From Acidimicrobiia bacterium (GTDB lineage: Bacteria > Actinomycetota > Acidimicrobiia > IMCC26256 > BP-133): a stretch of 64,000 nucleotides of DNA. Shown piece after piece: positions 17,948 to 26,426 of this stretch; the first letter of the stretch is position 1, and each line of letters starts with the position of its first letter. The stretch covers positions 1,367 to 65,366 of the forward strand of contig JBIOUX010000164.1 of the NCBI GenBank assembly GCA_044867425.1, written 5' to 3'. The translations under genes were made by a program, and so were the position numbers. A model generated the notes under the pieces. It worked only from the letters and a program-made list of their open reading frames with translations. It was not told the DNA's origin and made no database searches.

Positions 17948-19540
17948 ATGCACGAGGGGCGGGCTCCGACCGACACGGTGTGGGATCTTGTCGCCCGCCG
18001 GGCCCGCCTTTCCGGTGACGAGCCGCTGGTCACCTTCGTGGAGGACGGCCGGCCCGACGACAGCTACTCCTGGGTGGAGATCGCCGGGCAGGCCCAGGCG
18101 CTCGCCGCCCGGCTGGCGGATCTCGGCGTGACCCCCCGCCGGCCGGTGGCGCTCTTCGGGCTCAACAGCGCCGATTACATCGTCGCCCTGGCCGGCCTGG
18201 CCCGCCTCGGCGCCGTGGCCGTACCGCTCAACGCCATGCTCATCCCCCGGGAGATCGCCTGGCAGCTGGCCGACGCCGGGGCGGTGGCCCTGGTGGCCGA
18301 GGTGGAGGGCACCAAGCGCATGGATGAGGCGGCCGCGGCCACGGGTTTCACCGGTCCCCGGCTCAGCCTGCGGGGCGAGGCCGACGGGTGGGAGCCGCGA
18401 CCCGTCAAGGGTACCCCGGACGGCCCCCCACCCGAGCCGGCCGACGTGTTCGAGATCCTCTACACGTCGGGCACCACCGGCCACCCCAAGGGGGTGATGC
18501 TCACCCACCGGTCCATGGCCGTGGAGGCCGACAACGTCGCCTCCTACTGGGCGGCCCGGCCTGACGACGTCTTCCTCGCCGTGCTCCCCCTCTTCCACGT
18601 GAACGCCCAACTGGTAACGCTGCTCCCCGCCCTGGCCACCGGCGCCCGCCTGGTCGTGACCCGGGGCTTCTCCGCCCGGTGCTGGATCGACGTGGTCCGG
18701 GCCCACGGGGTGACCGTCAGCTCGCTGGTCGGCACCCAGGTACGGGTGCTCATGGCCACTCCCGAGCGCCCCACCGACGCCGACAACCGGTTGCGCTGCA
18801 TCCCCTACGGGCTGAACGTCCCCCTCGACATGTGGGCCGCCTTCGAGCAGCGCTTCGGGGCTCCGCTGTGCAACATCTACGGCCTGACCGAGGCGGTGGC
18901 CATCGCCAGCGCCGTCCCCCTGTACGGCGACCGGCGGATCCCGAGCGTGGGCCGGCCCGGCCGGGGCAAGGCCATCGGCGTCTTCGCCGACGACGGCACA
19001 CCCTGCCCCCCCGGGGTGGAGGGCGAGATCCGGGTCCGGGGCGAGCCCGGCGTGTCGCTGATGCTGGGCTACCACAACCGGCCCCAGGAGACGGCCGAGG
19101 CTCTCCGGGGCGTGTGGCTGCACACCGGCGACATCGGACGGCTGGACGAGGACGGCTATCTGACGTTCGTGGACCGGCGCAAGGAGGTGATCAAGCGCTC
19201 GGGGGAGAACGTGTCCGCCTCCGAGGTGGAGATGGTGGTGGGCGAGTTCCCGGGCGTGGCCGAGGCGGCCGTGGTGGGCCGGCCCGACCCGGTGCGCGAC
19301 GAGGCCGTCGTCGCCTTCGTGGTGCCGGCGCCGGGGGCCGCCGTGGACGTCGCCGCCCTCGACGCCCACTGCCGGGCCGCACTGGCCCGATTCAAGGTGC
19401 CCGAGGAGTACCGGGTCATGGAGGCGCTGCCCCGGACCTCGATCGGCAAGGTGGAGAAGAAGACGCTGAGGGCGCTGCTGGAAACGGAGCCGGGACCTGC
19501 CCAGGGTTCCGGCGTGTCCCGGGAAACCGATGGAGGCTGA
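17948..19540 (+). CDS. AMP-dependent acyl-CoA synthetase/ligase
   Basis: The ATG at 17948 (MHEGRAPTD) is followed by the AMP-binding motif YTSGTTGHPKGV, then GYLTFVDRRKEVIKRSGENV and the C-terminal IGKVEKK. Confidence 0.9.
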   Translation: MHEGRAPTDTVWDLVARRARLSGDEPLVTFVEDGRPDDSYSWVEIAGQAQALAARLADLGVTPRRPVALFGLNSADYIVALAGLARLGAVAVPLNAMLIPREIAWQLADAGAVALVAEVEGTKRMDEAAAATGFTGPRLSLRGEADGWEPRPVKGTPDGPPPEPADVFEILYTSGTTGHPKGVMLTHRSMAVEADNVASYWAARPDDVFLAVLPLFHVNAQLVTLLPALATGARLVVTRGFSARCWIDVVRAHGVTVSSLVGTQVRVLMATPERPTDADNRLRCIPYGLNVPLDMWAAFEQRFGAPLCNIYGLTEAVAIASAVPLYGDRRIPSVGRPGRGKAIGVFADDGTPCPPGVEGEIRVRGEPGVSLMLGYHNRPQETAEALRGVWLHTGDIGRLDEDGYLTFVDRRKEVIKRSGENVSASEVEMVVGEFPGVAEAAVVGRPDPVRDEAVVAFVVPAPGAAVDVAALDAHCRAALARFKVPEEYRVMEALPRTSIGKVEKKTLRALLETEPGPAQGSGVSRETDGG

Positions 19541-19543
19541 ATC

Positions 19544-21265
19544 GTGACCGAATCGCTGGTGCACTGGGACTACTGGCTCAACACCTGGCCGAAGGCGCCG
19601 GTGGCCTGCACCCGGGCCAACGCCGCCGATGGCTATCCCCGGGCGCTGACCCCGATCAGCCAGGACCTGATCCTCACCTACGAGGAGGCGGCCGTCCGGC
19701 GCTTCTACTTCAAGGGCCTGGGGGTGCTCACGCAGGAGCAGGTGCCCGAGCCGTTCATGAACGCCCTCTATGGACTCGTATACCTCAACGCCGACCACAT
19801 GGGCACCCTGGGAGAGGTCACCCCGGGCAGCTCCCGCCAGGCCATGTACCAGCAGTTCTTCGGGCTCGACGCCGACCCCGCCTATCTCGCCCCCCGGCTC
19901 GGGCCGCAGGCGCAGCTGGCCCAGGGCGTCACCGGTCTGAAGGTCCTGCCCCGCATGCTGCGCCTGGCCGGCGGCACCGCCGCCAACATCGGGCGCCAGT
20001 CGGCCCGGGTCGCGGCCGCCCGCCCACCGGAAGGTGACCTCTCCGCCCTCACCGAGGCGGAGCTGGGCGCCTGGCTGCGCCGCCTGGACGACCTCCAGGT
20101 CGACTGCTGGTACACCCTCATGACCGGTGCCGGCCTGGCCAGCGCCTCCTTCGAGGTGGTCCGCAAGCTGCTGGCCGCCTGGGCCGGCGATGCCAACGGT
20201 GATCTCACCAACCGCCTCCACGTCGGCCTGGGGGGCAACGAGAGCGCCGAGTCGGGCCGGGCCGTGCGCCGGCTGGCGGACGTGGTCCGCCGGGAGGGCG
20301 CCGGCGCCGCCCTGGAGGAGGACGACCCCGAAGCCGCCCTCCGCGCCGCCAGCCCGGCGGCCGCCGCCGAGCTGGACAGCGTGCTCTTCCGATTCGGCCA
20401 CCGGGGCCCGGCCGAGCTCGAGCTGGCCAACCCCAGCTTCCGGGCCGATCCCCGCCAGCTGCTCGACATCGTCCGGGCCGAGCTTGGCCGCCCGGCGAAG
20501 GGCGAGGAATCGCCGACCGTCCGCCGGGAGGCGGAAGCCGAGCTGGCCCAGCGGCTCGGGCCGGTCAAGCGCCGGGTGGCGTTGCCCCTGCTGCGCCGCT
20601 CGCAGAACCAGATGGCCCTGCGCGAGAACGGCAAGATCCCCGCCACCCGGCTCTTCGACGAGATCCGGCGCCTCCTTTCCGTGGCGGCGCCGCTCCTTAC
20701 CGCCCGGGGCGTGCTCCCAGCGCCGGAGCGGGTGTTCTACCTGCGCCACACCGAGCTCCACGCCGCCCTGGCCGGCGGGGAGGGGCCAGGGACGGACGAG
20801 ATCGAGCGCCGCCACCGGGCCCACCAGGACTGCCTGGCCCTGGACCTGCCCGAGCTCGTGGAGGTGGGCCCCGGCTGGATGCACCCCCTCGACGACGCCT
20901 TCATCCGGGAGCGGGGCCTGCTGCCGCCCGAGAAGGTGGAGGCCGGCACCACCCGGCTGCACGGCATCGCCGCCGCCCCCGGCACCCTGACCGGCACCGC
21001 CCGGGTGCTCGACGATCCCTATGGCGACTTCGACGCCGGCGACATCCTCTTCGCCCGGACCGTCGATCCCGGCTGGGCTCCGATCCTGGCCTGCGCCGGC
21101 GCCGTCGTGCTCGACATCGGCGGCGTGCTCTCCCACGGGGCGGTGGTGGCCCGCGAGCTGGGCATCCCCTGTGTGGTCAACGTCAAGGTGGGCACGGAGA
21201 TGGCCGTGAGCGGGTCGACCGTCACCGTCGACGGCTCCGCCGGCGAGGTTCAGCTCGATGGCTGA
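19544..21265 (+). CDS. PEP-utilising-enzyme mobile (swivel) domain protein with large helical N-terminal region
   Basis: The GTG start is preceded by GGAGG. The C-terminus carries GGVLSHGAVVARELGIPCVV, a phospho-His swivel motif. There is no ATP-grasp region. A paralogous N-terminal region is encoded at 27943-29076. Confidence 0.8.
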   Translation: MTESLVHWDYWLNTWPKAPVACTRANAADGYPRALTPISQDLILTYEEAAVRRFYFKGLGVLTQEQVPEPFMNALYGLVYLNADHMGTLGEVTPGSSRQAMYQQFFGLDADPAYLAPRLGPQAQLAQGVTGLKVLPRMLRLAGGTAANIGRQSARVAAARPPEGDLSALTEAELGAWLRRLDDLQVDCWYTLMTGAGLASASFEVVRKLLAAWAGDANGDLTNRLHVGLGGNESAESGRAVRRLADVVRREGAGAALEEDDPEAALRAASPAAAAELDSVLFRFGHRGPAELELANPSFRADPRQLLDIVRAELGRPAKGEESPTVRREAEAELAQRLGPVKRRVALPLLRRSQNQMALRENGKIPATRLFDEIRRLLSVAAPLLTARGVLPAPERVFYLRHTELHAALAGGEGPGTDEIERRHRAHQDCLALDLPELVEVGPGWMHPLDDAFIRERGLLPPEKVEAGTTRLHGIAAAPGTLTGTARVLDDPYGDFDAGDILFARTVDPGWAPILACAGAVVLDIGGVLSHGAVVARELGIPCVVNVKVGTEMAVSGSTVTVDGSAGEVQLDG

Positions 21266-21287
21266 CCGTCGGTAATCTGGCCCGTCA

Positions 21288-21584
21288 GTGTCGCTTATGG
21301 CGTTTTTCATCTGGCTGCGGGAGGAGTGGGACCGGGCCCTCGGCTTCGGTCTGACGGCCCTGGGCGGGGTCCTGATCCTGGCCGGCTGGTCGGGCGCCAG
21401 CGGCTCGCCCTTCGTGGTCGACCAGCTCTCCTATCTGATGTCGGGAGGCATCGGCGGCCTGTTCCTCCTGGGGACGGGGACCACCTTCATCCTCCTGGCC
21501 GACCTGCACGACGAGTGGCGCAAGCTCGACCGGGTGGAGACGCACTTGCGGCGGGCGCCGGGCTCGGCCCGCCGGGATGAGTAA
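21288..21584 (+). CDS. Small membrane protein, DEWRKLDR family (copy 1 of 3)
   Basis: 98 aa with two TM helices. It has SYLMSGGIGGLFLLG and LHDEWRKLDRVE and is clearly paralogous to the proteins at 25737 and 41569. Confidence 0.65.
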   Translation: MSLMAFFIWLREEWDRALGFGLTALGGVLILAGWSGASGSPFVVDQLSYLMSGGIGGLFLLGTGTTFILLADLHDEWRKLDRVETHLRRAPGSARRDE

Positions 21585-22710
21585 CCGCCGCCGGACCGGG
21601 ACCGGCCGTCCGGCATCCCCTGCTCATCGGGGGCGCAGCAACGGGAGCAGGGCCAAGCTGGTGGCCGCCGTCGGCCTGCCGCTGCTGGTGGCCGTCGGCC
21701 TCATCGGCTTGATCCCGAGCTCCGACTCGAATGACGACAACCCGGTGGTGGAATCGACCACGACCACCACGAAGCCGGTGTCGGCCGAAGCCAAGGCGTT
21801 CCAGACCCGGGTGGACGACGCCCTGCGAGCGTTCGCCGAGCGCCTGCCCCCCGTCATCAAGGCGGCGGGAGCGTGGATTGAAGGCACGGCGCCGCCGGAG
21901 AACCTGACCGGCGAGCTCTCTCTCTTCCTGCCCGAGGCGGTGAAGGCCCGCCAGGCCGTCGGCGCCATCCCGGTGTTGAAGGAGTCGCCCGGCGTGCGGG
22001 ATCTCTACCGGGACGCCGTGGGTCTCTACATCGACTTCGGCCGGGTCTACCTGACCGCCGTCGACCCGGCCGCCGAACCGCTGAAAACTCAGCTCGACCT
22101 CGCCGCCCGGCGGCTCCGCGTGCTGGCCGACCGGATCTACGACCAGGGCCGGACGCTGATCGACCCGGCCAGCCAGTCCCTGGGCGACGAGAGCGTGGAG
22201 ATCCGCCGGGCCCCGGAGGTGCCGGACTGGGAGGCGGAGGGCCTGGCCGCCGGGCCGCCCCTGGCCGAGGCGCCTCCGCCGCCGCCGGAGGCGCCGCCCG
22301 AGCGGGAAGGCGCCCGGGAGGAGGAGCCGGAGAAGGAGTGGCTGAACCGGCTGCGCAAGGCGAGGTTCCCCTCCGGAGCCGACCTGGCCGCCGCCATCAC
22401 GGCCGGCGACGCCCCGCGTCTGGGCGGGCTGGCCGAGACCTACCTGGCGTCGGTGGCCGCCCTGCGCGTCGCCCCCGACCCCGAAGGCGGCCGGGTACGG
22501 GGGGCGGTGGTGGCGCTCAGCTTCCTGGTCGACGCCGAATCGGCCCGGGTGGCACAGATGGCCGCCCTGCTGCCCGACGGGCCGGCCCGAGACCGCCTGG
22601 CGACCGTCGCCCGGCGGCTGGCCCTCATCGGAGAGAACCTGCTCGAGCCCGACCTGCGGGGCCGCCCGTCAGGCTTGGACGCCGGGCTCCTCGAGGACAC
22701 CGCCCCCTGA
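21577..22710 (+). CDS. Membrane-anchored helical protein with central Pro-rich segment, unknown function
   Basis: 377 aa. It overlaps the upstream gene by 8 nt, has the TM helix LVAAVGLPLLVAVGLIGLI, and contains PPPPPEAPPE. Confidence 0.6.
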   Translation: MSNRRRTGTGRPASPAHRGRSNGSRAKLVAAVGLPLLVAVGLIGLIPSSDSNDDNPVVESTTTTTKPVSAEAKAFQTRVDDALRAFAERLPPVIKAAGAWIEGTAPPENLTGELSLFLPEAVKARQAVGAIPVLKESPGVRDLYRDAVGLYIDFGRVYLTAVDPAAEPLKTQLDLAARRLRVLADRIYDQGRTLIDPASQSLGDESVEIRRAPEVPDWEAEGLAAGPPLAEAPPPPPEAPPEREGAREEEPEKEWLNRLRKARFPSGADLAAAITAGDAPRLGGLAETYLASVAALRVAPDPEGGRVRGAVVALSFLVDAESARVAQMAALLPDGPARDRLATVARRLALIGENLLEPDLRGRPSGLDAGLLEDTAP

Positions 22711-22714
22711 GGGA

Positions 22715-23623
22715 TCAGAGTCCCAGCGCGGCGCGATGCCAGGGCGCCGGCCCGGCCAGCTCGTGGACTTCGAAGATGCCCGTGCCGAGACGCCCACCGC
22801 ACTCGAAGACGCTGAACCCGTCGGTGAAGAAGAAGTCCCCGTGGCTGGTGACGCTGGCCACGTCCACGGTCCCCGTGATGCGGTACCCGCCACCGTCCTT
22901 TGTCCAGATGCGGGCGTCGCAGCCGGTGGGGGAGTGGCCGTCGTCGGCCACCCGGGCGCCGGTGTCGACCCGGGTGACGGGGTGGAAGCGACCGCCGTCG
23001 TAGACGTAGCCGAAGTCCTGGCGGCCCGCGGCGGTGGTGAAGCTGAAGACCGAGCAGAACAGGTCCTCGGAGAACGTGGCCCACAACCAGCGGTGGGTGA
23101 GGATGGCGCCGTAGTGGCGGGGCCCCCAGGAATGGTCCTGGTAGGCGAAGCCGGCCACCGTCGCCTCCCGGTCACCCGCCGACACGGTGCCCGCCACCCG
23201 CCCCATCGACTCGTAATGGCCCTTGCCCACGTCGGCGCCGGGGACGTCGAGGGTGAAGGAGAACGGGTCGGAGAACGCCTCGTAGACGACCTCCGCCCGC
23301 ACGCCCGGGTACTCGGCGGTGAGGGCGAGCGACCGCAGCGGCGTTTTGGTGACGACGCGCATGCCGCCGATGGCGATGTCGGGGAAGTCCTCGTCCGGCA
23401 GGGGCAGGTCGTGGGACTGGAACTTGCCCACCACCCGGCCGTCGAGCACCAACCAGCTCCACACGTCGGCCCGTCCGGCGAGGCGCTGCAGGCCCAGATG
23501 GTGGAAGCCGCCGGCGCGGGCGGCGGGGTCGTACCAACCCAGGAACCAGCTCTCCTGCCAGCGATCGTCCGCCTCGGGCCCGGGCCGGTGGGCGTCGTTG
23601 TCCTCAGGCCTGATCGTCTCCAT
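22715..23623 (-). CDS. Conserved hypothetical protein (DHSWG motif), paralogue of 16975-17937
   Basis: 302 aa with the WQES, HYESMGRVAGTV, DHSWGPR and HRW motifs. Confidence 0.7.
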   Translation of the reverse strand: METIRPEDNDAHRPGPEADDRWQESWFLGWYDPAARAGGFHHLGLQRLAGRADVWSWLVLDGRVVGKFQSHDLPLPDEDFPDIAIGGMRVVTKTPLRSLALTAEYPGVRAEVVYEAFSDPFSFTLDVPGADVGKGHYESMGRVAGTVSAGDREATVAGFAYQDHSWGPRHYGAILTHRWLWATFSEDLFCSVFSFTTAAGRQDFGYVYDGGRFHPVTRVDTGARVADDGHSPTGCDARIWTKDGGGYRITGTVDVASVTSHGDFFFTDGFSVFECGGRLGTGIFEVHELAGPAPWHRAALGL

Positions 23624-23645
23624 GCGGCTATGCTACCACCTCTTG

Positions 23646-23663
23646 CGAATGACGGTTCAGTCA
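23646..23663. promoter_or_regulatory. Operator-like 18-bp imperfect palindrome CGAATGA-CGGT-TCAGTCA
   Basis: It lies in the divergent intergenic region between 22715-23623 (-) and 23701-24282 (+). It is a member of the recurring motif family. Confidence 0.5.
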
Positions 23664-23700
23664 GCTAGGCTCCCGTGCACGGAGGATCGACGGGGGACTC

Positions 23701-24282
23701 ATGACGCCTGATCTCACTGACAAGGCCTGTGATCTGCTGCACCAGCTGCGGCTGCGCGGTTTCCTGGCCGCCACGGGCAACGCCATCGAAGCCGAACTGG
23801 CCGACGCCGGGTGTGTGGCGCTGCGGGGTTCCAACCTGGCGCTGACGCCGGCCGGGCGGGAGGGGCACGCCGCCTGGGCCCGCCTGCCCGAAGGATCACC
23901 GGCGGAGGAAGCCGGTCGCACCGCCTACCAGCGGTTCATGCCGCTGAACACCGAGTTGCTCAAGATCTGTACCGCCTGGCAGCTCCGGGACGACGGCAGC
24001 CCCAACGACCACTCCGACCGGGCCTACGACTTCGGTGTCCTGGAGCGCCTCGACCGGCTCCACGAGCGGATCGCCCCGCTCGTCGCCCGCCTGGCTGAAA
24101 CGGTGCCCCGTTTCGCCGCCTACCCGGAGCGCCTCGTCGCCGCCCTGGACCGGATCGCCGACGACCGCCAGTGGATGGCCTCACCCCGGTGCGACTCCTA
24201 CCACACCGTCTGGATGCAGATGCACGAGGACCTCCTCTGTGCCATCGGGGCGTCGCGGGCCGACGAACCCGAACCTACCTAG
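23701..24282 (+). CDS. Hypothetical protein, possible N-terminal winged-helix
   Basis: 193-aa ORF with protein-like composition. No motif was recognised. Confidence 0.55.
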   Translation: MTPDLTDKACDLLHQLRLRGFLAATGNAIEAELADAGCVALRGSNLALTPAGREGHAAWARLPEGSPAEEAGRTAYQRFMPLNTELLKICTAWQLRDDGSPNDHSDRAYDFGVLERLDRLHERIAPLVARLAETVPRFAAYPERLVAALDRIADDRQWMASPRCDSYHTVWMQMHEDLLCAIGASRADEPEPT

Positions 24283-24312
24283 ACCGACCCGAGGACCAAG
24301 GGGGACCGACAC

Positions 24313-25740
24313 ATGGCTGGACGGACCATCAAGCGGCACCGGCGCTGGGGACGCGGTGCCGGCGCCCTGGCCCTCCTGATGGGTGGTGCGATCTCGGTCT
24401 GGCCCGGGGCCCGGGTCTCGGCCCAGACCGGCGATTCCGGCGCCGCCCGCAGCCTGGTGGCCGCCGCCTCGGCCCAGGGCATCCGGATGACCTACACCGT
24501 CCCCGACCTCTTCGTGGTGACCGAGTTCATGGACGGCGGCGGGCCCGTGGCCCAGGCCACCGTCGACTCCACCGGCCGGGCCATCAGCTTCGCCTCCCTG
24601 CCCTACCCGGGGGAGAACGCCGTCACCGCCCCCGGCCTGGCCTCATTCGCCACGGGCGTCCCGGTGCCCAACTACCCCTTCTACGCCCGGGCCGACCATC
24701 CGGTGCAGCCCAGCTCGGAGGTGAAGGACCCGAGCGGTACCTATTCCATGGTGGCCACCGCCGACCAGGGCAAGGCGGCCGGGTCGGCCGACTTCCTCTT
24801 CGGCGGGGCCGAGGCGCCGGTGTCGGGATCGGCCGCCGACGCCTCCGGGCTCCTCGAGGGCAACGGGGTGAAGGTGGAGGCGGTCTCGGTGAGCAAGGGT
24901 CTGGATCTCGGGCAGGGGGCGCTGCGGATCGCCTCCGTCACCAGCCGCTCGGTCACGACCTACACGGCCGGGGCGGAGAAGCCGGAGACGAAGACCGAGC
25001 TCGTCATCGAAGGGGCCAAAGTCGGCGACCAGCCCGTGACCATCGGGCCCGACGGTGTGCACCCCGGCGGCCAGACGGTGCCCGTCCCCATCGGGAGCGG
25101 GACGGACAGCCTCAACCAGGCGCTCGCCCAGGCCGGCATCAGGGTCAAGACCATCGAGTTCTCCGAATTCGAGGGCGGCGCCGCCGGCGACGCGCTCGAG
25201 ATCACCGTGAAGCACCCCATTCCGGGGGCGGAGAACGTCCAGGGCACCTTCGTCTACCAGATGGGTGGAGCCACCTCCTATGTCGCCTTCGGCGAGGGCG
25301 GGATGCCGGGTCTCCCGGTCGACGACGTCCCGCTGCCGGACGGAGGTTCCGGGAACGGTCCGGTGAGCGCGGAGTCTCCGCCGGCGTCGTCGACGACGTC
25401 GGGTGGGGACGCGACCGGCGCCGCTCTGGATGTGTCGCTGCCCGCCGGCGTGGCCGGGGAGCCCTTCCCGCTGGCCCTCAGCAACGGGTCGCTGACGCTG
25501 GGCGCCGGCACCTCCTCCCAGCTGGCCGCCCCCGGTGGGGCCGGCTCCGGGGTGACGTCGGGGTCGGGGTCGTACGCCGCGCCAGCCGTGGGCGGCAACG
25601 CCCAACCGGTGGTGCTGGCCCGGGACTTCTCCGACACCACCAAGGCGCTGTTCGCCATCCTGGCGATAGCCGGGGCCGTGCTGGTGTCGTCCTCCGCGCT
25701 GTGGCGCTTCCGGGGGGTGTCGGCCCTGTGGAAGGGGTGA
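24313..25740 (+). CDS. Secreted protein with C-terminal TM anchor, unknown function
   Basis: 475 aa. It has the signal peptide GAGALALLMGGAISVWPGARVSAQ, a Gly/Ser/Ala-rich distal region, and the C-terminal helix ALFAILAIAGAVLVSSSALW. Confidence 0.65.
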   Translation: MAGRTIKRHRRWGRGAGALALLMGGAISVWPGARVSAQTGDSGAARSLVAAASAQGIRMTYTVPDLFVVTEFMDGGGPVAQATVDSTGRAISFASLPYPGENAVTAPGLASFATGVPVPNYPFYARADHPVQPSSEVKDPSGTYSMVATADQGKAAGSADFLFGGAEAPVSGSAADASGLLEGNGVKVEAVSVSKGLDLGQGALRIASVTSRSVTTYTAGAEKPETKTELVIEGAKVGDQPVTIGPDGVHPGGQTVPVPIGSGTDSLNQALAQAGIRVKTIEFSEFEGGAAGDALEITVKHPIPGAENVQGTFVYQMGGATSYVAFGEGGMPGLPVDDVPLPDGGSGNGPVSAESPPASSTTSGGDATGAALDVSLPAGVAGEPFPLALSNGSLTLGAGTSSQLAAPGGAGSGVTSGSGSYAAPAVGGNAQPVVLARDFSDTTKALFAILAIAGAVLVSSSALWRFRGVSALWKG

Positions 25741-26426
25741 GCCGGCTGCGGGCCCAGTGGGACTGGGTCGCCGGGTTCGTTCTCATGGGCCTGGGCGCGG
25801 TCCTGGTGGTGGTCAGCACCATCAGCGTGAGCGGTTCCCGCTACGCCAGCGACCAGCTCTCCTACATCGTGTCCGGCGGGCTCGGCGGTCTCCTGCTGCT
25901 CGGCGCCGGGGCCACCCTGGTCATCACCGCCGGGCTGTCGGACGAATGGCGCAAGCTGGACCGGCTGGAAGACGCCCTGCCCTACCCCAAGATCCCGGTA
26001 CCGAGCGTGCGGGTGCTCGTCCGGCGCGGCCGTCTGATCGCCGGCGCCGGGATGCTGCTGACGGCCATCTTCCTGGCCATCGCCTGGAGCCGGGCGTCGG
26101 GCGAGGCCGACCCCGAACCGGGGCTGCAGGCTCTGGGGACCGGCGTCATCGGCCTGCTCATCGGGAGCCTCATGGCGGCCTTCGCCACGCTGGGACTGAA
26201 GCGCCGCATCCAGCTCCGCAAGAACCGCCTGTTCGCGCCCTGGCTCGTGGAGAAGCTCGTGTCCGCGCCATCTCCGGCGCGGAACGGACGCGTCCTCGTG
26301 GCCACCGGCCTGACCCGATACCACCACTCCGGCTGCCCGGCCATCACCGGGCTGGCCACCCGCGAGGTGAACCGGAGCCAGATTCCCAAGGAGCTGGAGC
26401 CATGCGAACTCTGCGAGGTGGAATAG
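25737..26426 (+). CDS. Membrane protein, DEWRKLDR family (copy 2 of 3), extended with two further TM helices and a C-terminal Cys/His motif
   Basis: The GTG at 25737 overlaps the upstream stop (GTGA). It has SYIVSGGLGGLLLLG and LSDEWRKLDRLE, and a C-terminal YHHSGCP...CELC. Confidence 0.65.
   Translation: MSRLRAQWDWVAGFVLMGLGAVLVVVSTISVSGSRYASDQLSYIVSGGLGGLLLLGAGATLVITAGLSDEWRKLDRLEDALPYPKIPVPSVRVLVRRGRLIAGAGMLLTAIFLAIAWSRASGEADPEPGLQALGTGVIGLLIGSLMAAFATLGLKRRIQLRKNRLFAPWLVEKLVSAPSPARNGRVLVATGLTRYHHSGCPAITGLATREVNRSQIPKELEPCELCEVE

Noticed and set aside
21262-21292. Weak inverted repeat CTGAC...GTCAG upstream of small-membrane gene copy 1, as a further member of the operator family.
   Set aside because: It has only 5-bp arms with a 17-nt spacer, and it does not match the GAATGA/TCAGTCA half-sites.
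17924-21310. 1128-aa ORF on the - strand.
   Set aside because: It is antisense to the AMP-ligase and PEP-utilising-domain genes, both of which carry clear catalytic motifs. Its composition is the typical high-GC antisense artefact.
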